Assembly (NCBI GenBank): GCA_045837725.1
Contig: JBEWZL010000075.1
Location: 62,001-126,000 of the forward strand
Length of the DNA stretch: 64,000 nt
Reading direction: 5' to 3'
Origin: Vermamoeba vermiformis
Taxonomy: Eukaryota
Shown: positions 43,401 to 56,082 of the stretch, one piece after another
How positions within the stretch are numbered: position 1 is the first letter of the stretch
How the letters are laid out: every line of letters starts with the position of its first letter
Notes under the pieces: model-generated
The model's database searches: none
Told to the model about the DNA's origin: nothing
The model's input: only the letters and a program-made list of their open reading frames with translations
Program-made: the position numbers and the translations under genes

Positions 43401-43691
43401 AGGTGAATCTTTGCCCTTCGACTCGCCCTCGTTGGTCTTCTTCAAATTACGAAAATTGACTTGTCCAAGCTGCTTTGCATCAATTTTCTTCTCAGGGACA
43501 GCGACATCCTTGACTGGAGTGGAATCCGGGGAACCGACACTCGTTTTGGCTGCTGAAGCCGTCGCTGGTTGGGTTTGTGTTTGTGTAGCGTTGCTATCTC
43601 CTTGAGTGGCTCCATTAGAAGCTAGTTCTAAAGGATGCGCATCGGATGTGGCAGTAGTTGGATTTACAACAGCCTCTACCTGGGGTTCCAT
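40472..43691 (-). CDS. TOP1: DNA topoisomerase I (type IB)
   Basis: [55 protein letters not shown]; catalytic [11 protein letters not shown]. Confidence 0.97.
42562..42668 (-). repeat. Degenerate hexamer repeat encoding poly(Ser-Glu) in the TOP1 N-terminal domain
   Basis: Translates to [16 protein letters not shown]... (about 17 SE units) with synonymous variation. Confidence 0.9.
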
Positions 43692-43894
43692 AATAAGCGA
43701 GCGGGAATTACTGGGAACAAGGTAGTGGGTTTGTTGAACAACAGAAATAAAAAAAAAACAAAGTCGAAAAGGATGAAAACTTTGTTTTTTTTTGGGTCAG
43801 TTTTTGCGTTTTGACGGTCAAAATTGTGGTTGGGGGAAGGGCAAAACCGGACGCTCAAACGCTTATTCTCAACTAACTTCAATAATTGTACACA

Positions 43895-44995
43895 ATGGGC
43901 GTTGGTAGAAAACAATCCAGAAAGAGAGCCCGTAAGAACGGTGTAAGTCATGTTATTTTTAAAATTTTTGGAATCGCGATCTAAAACCACCCAGATCGTT
44001 ACCAAGCGTAACAAGAGACCAAAGCGCCCGGCAAGAATCAATAAACCAACTGATTTATTTCGAGAAGCGTGGGATAACGACAAGACACTTCAAGAAAATT
44101 ACGCAGAGATTGGATTAACGTTCGATCCAAACGAAGAAGTGTTGAAAAAACATATTGAATTAATTGATACCGGTATAATTCCAGACTATGAAGATCCTGA
44201 TGACTTTGACCCTGAGGCTATTGAGATCGAAGAGGATGTCGAAGGCAAAGAGAAACTGAAAGAGCTTTTAGATGTACGCCATGCTAGCATTATTTTGCAA
44301 TTATTTATGCTAACAACGTTATTAACTATTCAGGTCCGTGAAGAGGCAGATCCTCGCCAACCAAAGCTTGGTGTCCGTGAGCGTGTATATATTCAGAAGT
44401 TGATTGCTAAGCACGGCACTAACTACAAGGTAAGTCATTCGAGAATGTGGCGACAAAGCACTGCTAACACGGTTGATAGGCCATGGCACGTGACATGAAA
44501 TTGAACTACAACCAATACACAAAGAAACAGTTGAAGCAGAAATGCAAAGTGTACGAAGACTTTTACCGCAATCCTATTGACTATACTGCACTCAACAAGC
44601 AGCGCAAAGAAGAGCGCAAGGCTCAGAGTGCTTTGAATGGCACGAGCAACAACCACAATCTGCCCAAGAAGAAGAAGAAACAAGAATCTGAAAGCGAAGA
44701 GGAGTTTGACGACGAAGATATGGGAGATATGGAAGAGTATTCGGGCGAGGAGAATGAAGACGAAGAGGACGGCGAAGAGATGTCGGGTGAAGATGACATG
44801 GAGGGCGAAGAAGATGAAGAAGAAGACGATGATTTGAACGAGAGTGATATCGATGACCTTGTTGATGAAGACGACGATATGCCTGCCCCCAAGCACAGAT
44901 CCAAGAACAACAAGGGTCGATCGCAGAACAACGCCAGTCATTTTGGTGGAGGACGCCGCAAAAAACAACGATCGACTGTATTTAGAGATAAATAA
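43895..44995 (+). CDS. NOP16: Nucleolar protein 16
   Basis: MGVGRKQSRKR start; WDNDKTLQENYAEIGL..DPN; YIQKLIAKHGTNYKAMARDMKLNYNQYT; acidic tail. Confidence 0.9.
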
Positions 44996-45108
44996 TACCT
45001 TTCAAGCATTTCCATTGTGGTTCGCAACTAACTTTTGATCCGCAATTATTTGCCATTAATCTATTCTTGCTAAAGACACGACCACAAGATGATTTTAGAA
45101 AAAATACT

Positions 45109-47075
45109 ATGAACGATAGTGCATCTGAACACGTGGCAGAAGTCCTCGGGTCGACTATCCCTCTGCAATTGTCTCCACAAGGACTCGCAGACTTTTTTCG
45201 AGCCCATATTAACGCAAACCCGCATCCAGTTCCTCAACCCTTACAAACAACAAATTTATTACAATTACAACCTCAAATACAAGAGCAACAAGAAAATGAG
45301 ACAGTTGATCAACAAGCTATTCTTGATATGGGGCTGCAGCTAGTCCAAGAAAATAATAATTACGAATCCGCTAGTAAAGTTGACGAAGCGCCTAAAAGCA
45401 AAAGGAGAGGAGGCGGAGGAGCGAAGAAAACTAAAAGAGAAAGTAATGCAACGCCAGGGGCTGTTGGTTCCGAGAAGATCAGCCCTTTTCCGATTCAAGA
45501 TGACTACAAGTGGCGCAAATACGGCCAAAAGACATTGAAGGGCAGTGAGTTCCCTCGTGATTATTTTAAATGCTCTGTGCCTCAGTGCAATGCAAAAAAA
45601 CAAGTAGAGAAGTGCATTGAAAATGGCGAAGAAAAGCTGCGTTACATCTACTTCGGCGAGCATACACATCCTCCACCAAAAAGCAGTCACTTATATGCAA
45701 AAGATCAACAATCATTTAAAACTGCCGTAATTGCTGCATTTGATCCCGTATGTATTTCTTAAAAAAATAATATTATTCGCATGATTATGTCATTTTAATT
45801 ACTATCGTATAATTGTAATTAATTGATTACTTTTTTAGAAAGATTTACTAATTATATTTTCCCTAGTTTGTGGCAGATGCGGACAAACTTAATAGTGAGT
45901 TCTTAGAGGAGCTTGAAGAGGCAACGGATGGCGTACAGCAAATAGATGCAAACAATATGCTCAATGGCGTACAGGAACTAACAGACGGCCAAGTAGCTCA
46001 AGCAGATCCAAATCATCAAGAACAAGCGCAAGAGCAACAGCAAGAACAACAAAATTACGAAGGAATGATTGACAGTAATAAGTTGATGATGACAGCTTCT
46101 ACGGAGGATCAAGTGCTAAATATGCTCAAAGATGACAGCGCACAGCAAAATCAACAAAACGGAGAAATGATGGATCCCAATCTCATGTCAGAGTACGCGC
46201 AAGTAGAGAATAGTGTTCAAGGAGATCACGTCATGGATGGCACTGCAATCAACTACGAAGAGTACATGCAGGGTGAGCAGCAACCTCCGACCAAGAAACG
46301 AAAAGCCAGTCGTAAGAAATCATCGAGCAGTCAAATTCGACGCTTGATCGTTGAATGCACGAAAGATATCGATTATATGGAAGATGGATATCACTGGCGC
46401 AAGTACGGTCAAAAAACACTCAAAGGAAATCCTTTTCCACGCAGCTACTACAAGTGCATTGAACCGAATTGCAGCGTGAGAAAGCAAGTTGAACAGACGT
46501 TAGGAGGGTCTATTATCAATATATATGAAGGCTATCATAATCACGCTGGCAATCCACAAGCAGTGGTAAGTTACAAGAGTATTTCGCGGGTATCGGTTAC
46601 TAACCCTGGTGATTAGCCCAATGAAGCACACAAGCGCAAGCACCACGAGATGGCGCAAGCGGAGATAGAAAACACTTTGTTCAACACACTGCTCAGCGAG
46701 CTCAATGAGGGGCAGTCATCACCCAAACGACTTAAGACTGGTGAAGAGAACGTGCCTAATGGCCTCCTCAACACAAGCATGCTGCTCACGACCCCAGGCA
46801 GCATACCCATTCAATTCGATATGGCCAATCTGCAGTATTTGTTTACTCATTCCTCAGTACCGAACATTCTGAAGGGATCCGCCGACAATGCTGGAGATAG
46901 TTCGAATAATACCAATAATACCAATGTACAGTTAGTTGAATCTACCAATAACAACAACACCAATGATAATGTAAGTAGCGAAAACGAACACTTGCTGACC
47001 ACATCTGCTGAGCAGTTGAACGATGTAAATTTGCCGAACGTAGACAGCTCAGTAGATGAGCAATCGACCATGTAA
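45109..47075 (+). CDS. Two-domain (group I-type) WRKY transcription factor
   Basis: DDYKWRKYGQK...PRDYFKC-x4-C...HTH and DGYHWRKYGQK...PRSYYKC-x4-C...HNH; basic NLS-like KKRK between the domains. Confidence 0.95.
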
Positions 47076-47152
47076 ATAAACAAACCTATGTTTTTCTTTT
47101 TTTGTACTCCAAAGAGCAGTATTTATTTCGCGTCCTTTGTGGGCATTTTTAA

Positions 47153-47210
47153 TTTCCCGCGCAACGCTGCGAGCAAACGTAAACCAATAACGATTTAAAA
47201 AGGCGGGACA
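47153..47210 (+). promoter_or_regulatory. E2F-like sites with CCAAT in the DP promoter
   Basis: TTTCCCGC at 47153-47160, CCAAT at 47184-47188, TTTAAA at 47194-47199, GGCGGGA at 47202-47208, all within 90 bp of the DP ATG. Confidence 0.5.
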
Positions 47211-47237
47211 AAATATCTTGACCGTTCCTAGAATATC

Positions 47238-48765
47238 ATGCAAACTAATGTAACTCCTGCCTGGCCGCAGGAATACGATCAAAATACTGAAAGTAAGGAT
47301 TCTAGTTTTTGATTCGAAAAAGAAATTCAGAATAATTTACTAAACCGCTATTTTAATTCCTTTAGACCTATTTCAGTCCTATTTGGGCGGAGAGGTACCC
47401 GTACAAAATGGCAATGGCGAAAACAATAATATTCAGCAAGATGAGCAAGCTTCCAATCTGCATGACGAGTTTATGCAGCTTTGCAAGAGTGTTGGACTCG
47501 AAGATTTAGCGAAGAAACAAGGATTTATTCAAAATAACGCAATACCCGATCTCAAAACGTACGCAAGTAAGTACTCGATCCTGATCGGATTATTGAATTG
47601 AATTGGGTTCGTAACCCCACGGATATTAAGCAACATCGTTTCATATTAGATGATCCAAAGGCTTCAACTGCAGAATCCACAAAGGCAACAGCAGAAGTAA
47701 AAGCCGAGCCAACACCAAGCCGCAGAGGACGAAAGAAGAAGCAGCCTGAGCCTCCGACACCCGAACCTCTCAATACTAGCGCAGTAATTAACGAGAGCCA
47801 AGATGACGGTTCAACAGACCAAGAAGAAGATGGGTAAGTGCAGCGTTGAATTGTTTTGGATCAACCGCACTTGTTGCAATGGACCTAATCGACCCCTATT
47901 GCAGACCCAACAAAAAGAAGCGAAAGGCTAAGGTCGACAAGGGCAACAAGGGCTTGCGTCACTTCAGTCGTCGCGTCTGCGAGAAAGTCGAGTCCAAGAA
48001 AGTGACGAGCTACAACGAAGTCGCTGATGAACTCGTCGCAGAGGCCCCTGACAAATCCACTGGCGGCCTCATCGATCAAGTATGTGATGTGCACGGCAAT
48101 AGGAGCGCTTAAATTAATTATTTTCCAATTATTAGAAAAATATTCGTCGTAGAGTGTACGACGCTTTGAACGTACTGATGGCTATGAATATCATCAAAAA
48201 AGAAAAGAAAGAGATTAGGTGGGTCGGTTATCCGACTGTTAATGCAAAAGAAGAGCTGCAACAGCTCATAGCGGACAAGGAGGAGCGGCTGCAAAGAATC
48301 AGAAAGAAAAAAGAGTTTTTGCAGGAATTAGAAGCTCAGGTACGTCACTCAGGCCCTCTTTCGCGTAACATATAATAACATTGGTACTCTTAGGAAACGC
48401 TATATAAGAATTTGATTACAAGAAACAGCACGATTACCAGCGATGCAGAAGAGCGGATCTACTTGCCGTTTATTATTATTCACACAAAGAAACAGACGTT
48501 GATTGACTGCGAGATGTCAGAAGACAAGAGCGAATACTTTTTTGACTTTTCAATGCCATTCACCATTCACGACGACAACGAAATTTTGCGAAGAATGGGC
48601 CTGGCCGGTCAACTGGCACCCAAGCCCCTCTCAACGAGCACAGATGCTGTCAGCAACGGCACGTCACTGGCAGGCACCAATGTAAATTCTATTCAAGACG
48701 AAGCAATGTCACTGTTAATGACTGATGATCAGAACAACACGAATGCGCTCGACAAGTCCAAGTAA
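47238..48765 (+). CDS. E2F dimerisation partner (DP / TFDP family)
   Basis: [62 protein letters not shown]...IDCEMS.D..EYFFDF...F.IHDD. Confidence 0.95.
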
Positions 48766-48876
48766 CGAGCTGACTTTTGCGTTGTTCAATTGTATAATAT
48801 TGCAGGAGTAAATATGAAATCACTTTCCGTACTCGAGCGCGAGGATAAATAACAAAGGTTTATGTACAAATGAATG

Positions 48877-50085
48877 CTAATCAAGATTTGAGGGGATGCG
48901 GTGCTTGAGTGTCACTTCGTAGATCAGAAATCCCACCGCTGCAGGGGAGAAAGCGCGTTTGAGTCGTGCACTCATACCGCGATAAAAATAGTTCCAGCCT
49001 TCAGTCTTGATAATGTGGCTGATTGTCGTGCGATAGGAATTGAACAGGAACTTGTTGTGGTGCTCGGTCATGTACACGTGCTGAATCTGTTCGAAGGGAT
49101 GTGCAATCAACTGATATGCCATGCCACCAAAGCCACCAGCCAGCAGCACTCCTGTCGCGCCCTTCACTTTGCCCCACTCGTCAGGCAGCAGCCAGTTGAA
49201 TTCTTTTTTCATCACTTTGTAAATCGCAAAAAAACTGCCAAAACCCAGTGCATCACGTGGCAGGACGAGGCCCAGTCCCCGCACCAGTGCCGCATTGCCG
49301 TGGTGTTGCATCAACAGGCGCGCACTGTTCACGTAATCGAAGCTCTTGTTCGAGTGTGCATTGTGAGCACGTGCAGCTTCAAAGGGCGACGCGACAAGTG
49401 CGTGCAGCGAGCCAGCAACAGCACCTGAGACGAGATTGGTCCACGCAACATTCACGTACACATCACGTGACCGCACACGTGACTTGTCTTTGACGCGGTG
49501 TTGTTTGTAGAGGTAGTGGTACATGCTCTGATAGCTCGAGAACAGAATCGTGCCCGTCACTGCATTGTACACGAGTGGTGGCATGAGTGTGCGGAATAGT
49601 CCGCGATACTAAATTAGGCAAGAGTCAGTTCAGTGAACGAGTGCTTCAGTGAATCGGTACTTGCCCCTTCATCGCGCACCAGTGTTCGCAGTGCTTGCAA
49701 GGCACTAATGCGCTCCCTGTGTGCAATCATCAATACACTATATTAACTAGCTCAAAGCGAAGTGGTTACTTGGAGTGCTCGTCCATGTGGTGATGACGGT
49801 GCCGCATCTTGGCACCTTGAAAGGCTTGCATCTTAGGTCGGAATAGTTTGGCGGGATTTTTGAAGAAAAATCCAATTTGTCGCAATACTGATGCTGCCAC
49901 TGCTCGTGCTACACCTGCAGCACTTCCGGATGGATCGATCTCTACTACTCTGCCATCCATTCATTCTTTAGCGAAAGAATAATTTATATTGCTGTGCTTA
50001 TTCCTGCATACCCATCTGCTGTGCTTGGTGAGTCTGTTTTATTTTCCGTTGTTGACATTTCGCTCTCAGGTTGTGGATCTAGCAT
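48877..50085 (-). CDS. Mitochondrial carrier (SLC25)-like protein, divergent
   Basis: SGAVAG...LVASPFEAAR; RDALGFGSFFAIY; LLAGGFGG...IAHPFEQ; EG...FYRG...RAFSPAAVGFLIYE. Start codon uncertain (50085 or 49960). Confidence 0.8.
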
Positions 50086-50544
50086 TGTAACGATCAAAAA
50101 AAGATATTTCGTGTTGGCACAATGACAATTTAATTAAATAAAAAACATTTATTTTATGCACGCCGAGATCCACGGGCAGTAGTAGTTCTGAAACGTCAGA
50201 TCCGAGTAGCTTACCTGCGTTAATTTAATTCATGGTGCACTGAGGTGTTATTCATTAAACATATAATAGCGCTAGTGCACTAATGCGGGGAGATATTAAG
50301 AATAACAACGGTGCTAAAATTGAACTCAGGCACGGAGAATTCAGTCACAGCACAGCCATTAGTGTCAGTCAAGTCCAGTGTCAATAAATAGGGCGGTGTT
50401 TTTATTTTACAAGTGGAGCGAACGTTGCGAGTACACCAAAGTGAATAGGAGAATAAAGCATTAACATATCGCGCTGTCAGATTAGTGCACAGCGAGAACA
50501 GATCGCGTTGTTATTTACAAAATGTGACTAGTGCAGCGCTGAGA

Positions 50545-52567
50545 CTACAGCCCATCTGAATAGGCAGGTGTGGCGTGGTACCAGGGGTTGTTCATCACAG
50601 GATAGTGCGTCATGTTCGGAGGTGCGCCGATAAGATGTTCGTCCATGTGATTGTACATGACGTGATTGAGCATGTCGGGGTGCTGATTCGGACTGTGACT
50701 CGGACTCAACGAGCCCTTGGACTTGCGCTGCTTAATGTCGACAAAATCTGCAAAGGAGAGTCAGTGACACCTGAGGCACGTGACTCGATATAGCGCTACG
50801 TACCTTTGCCCCAAAAGATCTTCAAGCGGTACACTTCACCACTCGGGCCTTGAATCTTTTTGCACTCGCGCTTGGCCAGCATTGCTTCGTCCTGTTGTTG
50901 ACACGTGTCACATGTCAGTGCTCCACAAATATCTGCAAAGATTACTTACCCTCGTGCCGAACTCCACCAATGCAAATCGACGCTTGCTGTTGCAGGTGAG
51001 TGACTTGACATCGCCGTACTTGATGAAGGTCTGCAGCAGGAAGGGATAGTTGTCGAGCTCTGGCGGCAAGGCTTTGAAGAACAGCCGCGTGTTGCTGTCA
51101 GAGGACGAGTCCAACGGATCAAACAGGTCGTTGGAGAGTGTGAGGGACTGCGGGGGAGTGGTGGAGGGTGGCGTGATGAGCGGTGTGATGAGTTGATTGA
51201 CAGGTGTCATATTCAAGTTCTTGATGTTCACCGTGCCCAGACTCGCACTGCGCTGATGACCAGAGTTCATGCCAGGGCCCTGCGGTCGTGAGCCGAGTCC
51301 GAGATTGCGCGTCTGTGGACTGAGCGCGATGCGGTGAGGACTGTTCATGGCACTCAACTCGTCACTCGCGCTGTTGTTCACATTCACGTACAGCGAGCTC
51401 GTGTTCAGCTGGCCCCACGATGCAGCGCGAGGCACGAGTCCTGACGCGCTGTGATTGGAGGGCGAGGCCTGTGCTTCCCAATAAGGGTCATATATCACGC
51501 CATTCGGTGTCACTGCTTCGTCTTCAGTCTGCGAGCCTGCATCGGTGATGAAGGGACTGAACAGATTGCCGCGACTGCTGTTGGTGCTGCTGAGATGACT
51601 GCGCGAGAGGCTGTCACTCTCTTGCAGACTCGCGGTGCTGTCGTCATCGCCGTCGTCTTGCAGCAGTTTGTTCAGTTCTGCTTCTAGATCTCGTGAAAAA
51701 TCTTCCATAGAATCTGGTTTTTGATTAGCTGGCTTCTGTTGCGTGTTATTTGTTCCGTTGCGTGTATTTTGTAACGGCGCTGGTTTGGGTGCGGGGGCAT
51801 TGCTCATCAAATCCGACGGGATGCGGAGCAAAGGATTGCTGGCTGATTTGCGAGGCAAGCCATATGTGTTATATTGCGGTTGTAATAATGAGTGTTTGTT
51901 GTGGTGCATATTAATAAAATTGTCCTCGTGATAAGCAAAATGTGCGCCGCGATATTGCGGGCCAATGTGGTCAGCAGGATTTGGATTCACTCGGATCAGA
52001 GGTGAGTCACGCAGAGGAAAACCGGAAGTACTCCTCGATGGCTGTTAATATAATGTGATTATTACGGTGATTTTGTTTGATACGATTTGTGGATCGAATT
52101 TCTACGTCAGTGGATGTCAGCCACAGTTTAAAAACGCAAATTAAAAGGTTCGAAATAAATATTATAGTAGTATATTTAATATGAATGGTCAAGTATCATA
52201 TTTCTGATAAGATTACCAACACCACAAATTTAATTCAATTATAAAAGTACGAAAAGTCTTCTCTAAAATTTCGATCCTTCAAATAATTGTTATTTCACGT
52301 ACCGATCCTCTGCTGCCTACTGTGCTATTTATATTTACACTTGAATAATTAACATAAACTGATTTCTCAACAACTTGGTCCGAATCTGGGATGGAAAGAC
52401 TGATCAGCTGAAATCCGAGTAATCAAAGATTAAAAATGAAACAAACCTTCATCATGATAGTGGTTGTTATCATTGGTGTACTGATAGGAGGGATATTCGT
52501 TGTAGAACTCCGTCTGCTCTTGATTGAGCGAATCGGTTGGGTAATAGCCCCGGTTATCTTGTGCCAT
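50545..52567 (-). CDS. Low-complexity protein with one C-terminal RRM-like domain
   Basis: RLFFKALP...FIKYGDVKSL...RRFALVEF...EAMLAK...RLKIFWGK; in-frame spliced model from MAQDNRGYY including a 14-nt exon at 52303-52316. Confidence 0.75.
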
Positions 52568-52749
52568 CTGTTGTTACACCCTCGTTACAGGCCAATCATT
52601 TTATACTCCTTTGTGGTGTATTGCGTGCAAGGTGGAATTCGAGTTTGTTCCATTCAGAAAGATACTGACGGGCCAGAAATAACAAATCACGTGCCGCACT
52701 ATCGACCGCGCTTTTTTTTGAATTCACAGCTGATAGGGACACCACAACT

Positions 52750-55534
52750 ATGACTCAATCAGCTGCAGATACGTCGTGGCTACAATCGTTGAGTACTGTC
52801 TTGCCTATATTAGTGCAACAGAAGAATGACAGCTTAATTCAAACGGTGCTGATCGGTATTATTAATTTCAACATTAATTGGTGGAAATAACTCACGTTGA
52901 CCTATGTATAGATACTATTAGGAGGCAGTTGACGGAGAAAATTATCCCTGTATTTTTAAAACACATTGAGGTAAGATCCAAAATCAAATTGGTATAAACA
53001 CTGACAAATATGCAGCAATGGAACGAACAAGACGTCGAGTCAATCGATCAAACATTAGAACAAGCTATTAATATCATATTGCCATTCGTTGAGAGCTCAT
53101 TGCAACAACTCAACTCGATCCGAGCGCACTCCGCAACACTCGCCGAGTAAGTATAGTATTCACTATAGTCTGGCCAGTACATCCACTCATAGTATCACTC
53201 GTAGTCGCATCGAACAAGAGCTGCGTCGGTTGTGGAGTGCCGCACTGCTCCACTTTGCCCCGCAGTTGAATCACGTGCTGCGCGCCTATTTGACGCGACA
53301 CTTTGCCCTGGTCGATCAGCTCGCAGCTGGGCACGAGGGCGATCACACTGAGTTCACTGAACTGCTCAAGGCACAGCACACCGCGCACATCACGCACTAC
53401 GCAGCGGTGTGTCGCCAGTTGCGCGCGTTGAATCTCCACGCGGTGCTCGAACAGCTCGCGACCACCGTGCTCATCGCGCAGATCTCTCGCCGCGTGCACG
53501 AGCACTGCAAACACTGCTACGACACACCACTGCTGCACGAGGGACTGCTGCACTGGTTCGACAAGGCGGTCAGTGCCTGGCTGGATCTCACGCTGCAAGG
53601 CGATCTCGATGCACAGACTGGTACGTCAATTGCCATATTAGGCATGCGTACTCTATGCTCACTTTATTTGTAGAAATTTCAGCTGCCTGCAAACGACGCA
53701 CATTATCCTCACTCTACGAACAATTTGCAGATTTAAGGTAACGAATACAAAAAGTAAAGCTCTTACTAAATATAGTAATCGACCTCAGAATTGCGGAATT
53801 ATTTGACATCATTATCGAGTATCCTGACAGCACACCAGCCCTGACAGATCTGCGCGAGTGTTTGAATAAGACGAGCAAACACAAAGAACTCATTGTTTCA
53901 CTGAAACAGAGGTATGTTCAATGCTCATTCATGAACCGAAATGATTGACACGTGTCACACTGCAGTCTGAAACAACGCTTGCTGATCCCCAGTGCCGAGA
54001 CACTCTCCATCGTGCAGTGTTATGTGCGCACGATCAAGACCTTGCTGTATTTAGATCCGAGTGCTGTCTTGTTGACAGGTGTCTCGGACACACTCGCGCA
54101 ATATTTGCAGCAAAACAGACCCGACACACTGCGCACCATAGTCACACAACTGACACAAGCGGCACTCTCTGATGACCCTGAAGCCGCGCAGTCAGATCTG
54201 TTGCTCTCTGAACTGCAAAAGTAGGTCAAATCACGTGCGCAATAGTCGACTGACTGTGTGCTATTTTTAGCTCAGAGACAGCGTGGAAAGACAAAGAAGC
54301 AGACGACGAGAGCAGCGACGAAGAGGACGAAAACAAGCGGCCGTGGCACCCTGAGCCGCTGTACATTCAACCAGGGTCACATCGCGAACAGAAGCCCGTG
54401 GACATATTGAGCATGTTGATCAACATCTACGGCAGTCGCGACTTGTTCGTGGACGAGTACACCAACATGCTCGCTGATCGATTGCTCGCGATCACGGACT
54501 TCAACACGGACAAAGAGATCAAGAACATTGAGCTGCTCAAACTCAAATTCGGTGAACATTCATTTCAACGCGCTGCAGTTATGTTGCGCGACATGATGCA
54601 GTCGAAGCGCGTCAATGCACTCATCGTACCGAAGATAGCGCACACTGACGACGCGCGGCTCACTGTGCCACTCTCAGCCACCGTCGTGTCGGGACTGTTC
54701 TGGCCCGCATTCAGAAACGAGACTGTGGCCCTGCCCGAGCCAGTGCAGAGGTATACAAAGGTATATTTAGGTGTCACGTGACTAATCGATTGCAACAGAA
54801 AACTGGACGCCTATTGCAAAGAGTTCGAGACACAAAAGCCGAGTCAGAAGTTGCACGTCAAAGAGCACTTGGGCCAAGTGGACCTCGAGCTCGAATTCAT
54901 CGACGGACGCGTGATCAGCTACACCGTCTCACCACTGCTCGCGACGATCATCTTGCACTTCCAAAAACAGCGTAAGAGTGCTTTGATTAGCCCATCGCTC
55001 AATCTAACATGTAATAGCACAATGGACCCTCACTGATCTCGCTGCCAAGCTCAATCTCGCGCCAGATCTGACGCGCCGTCGCATGGCGTACTGGCTGAAC
55101 AACGGTGTCGTGACTGAATTCGAGCCCGATCACTTCCAACTCGAAGAGAACGGCCCCAGCGAACAAGGTACCTAGTATAGATAGAGTTAATATGAGCACC
55201 TTCTAATTGCCATGCAGTTCAATTCACGGCGCACGATGACGATGGTGAAGGCTTGAATGGCGCGCAACAACAAGATGTACGTGCTGTTCAATTACTACTC
55301 ATATACCGTTACTAATGTGCGCAGGAATGGAATGAAACGCACGAGAACTTCATATTGGGCATGTTAACCAACTTGGGCGAGCAGAGTTTGGACAAGATCC
55401 ACTCCATGATGTCCAACTTCGTGGATGATTACGACAAGACCACTGCACAACTCGCCGCATTTTTGGAAAGGTTGGCACAGCAAGAGAAAATTGAGAGCAG
55501 TGGAGGCATGTACAGTCTGAGGCCGCAGAAATAA
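52750..55534 (+). CDS. ANAPC2: Anaphase-promoting complex subunit 2 (cullin-like)
   Basis: RIAELFDIIIEYPDSTPALTDLRECL; LKQRLLIPSAET; WHPEP; DILSMLINIYGSRDLFVDEY..MLADRLL; ELLKLKFGE; FILGMLTNLG. Confidence 0.93.
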
Positions 55535-55810
55535 ATGTAAAATAGAAGATCCCGCCATTCAAGTACGTTCTATTACGCAATAATAACAATAATGATACTC
55601 ATGATTACATCAAAATTGTTTATTCGACGATACAATAGCCTTCAACGCCCTCAAGACTTAAATTACAACAAGATCTGGTAGGGAAATAACGATATTTACG
55701 TTGCTATATGCGCTTACAAAGCATGCCAATGTTATTTAACTAATTTAAGTCATTATTCAACGCCTAAATGCGCTACTTACGCTTAATTTCAAGCAAATAC
55801 CATGCTAAAC

Positions 55811-56010
55811 GTCCCGCCTTAAAGCAGCAAAGAGGTGGATCCGGCCGTCGGGGGCAGATTTTAACGTAATTTAACGATCTGTGGCCTTCACACCACTTTT
55901 AGGGGGTCGCTGGAGCCTAAATAAAAATATCTTCCCGCCTTCCTGGAAAAGTTTGACACGGCCACGTGATCGTACTAGCCGTTGTGGAGCCCGCGCAAAC
56001 AACTATAAAA
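55811..56010 (+). promoter_or_regulatory. Promoter of the BRCT gene: two TCCCGCC (E2F-like) boxes, CACGTG and TATAAAA
   Basis: GTCCCGCC 55811-55818, TTCCCGCC 55932-55939, CACGTG 55963-55968, TATAAAA 56004-56010; ATG at 56083. Confidence 0.45.
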
Positions 56011-56082
56011 GAAATTTAAAAATTGTCGTTTGACCACTCATTCAAAACCAAACAAACACACAAACACAACTCACTAACACCA

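Noticed and set aside
50150-50400. Possible alternative last exon of the RRM gene
   Set aside because: Splice signals are ambiguous and the peptide is uninformative; cannot be supported without transcripts.
55834-55894. Imperfect hairpin (GGTG..GGCC..CAGAT / ATCTG..GGCC..CACC) upstream of the BRCT gene
   Set aside because: Short interrupted stems inside a promoter; no H/ACA or C/D boxes in the expected positions.
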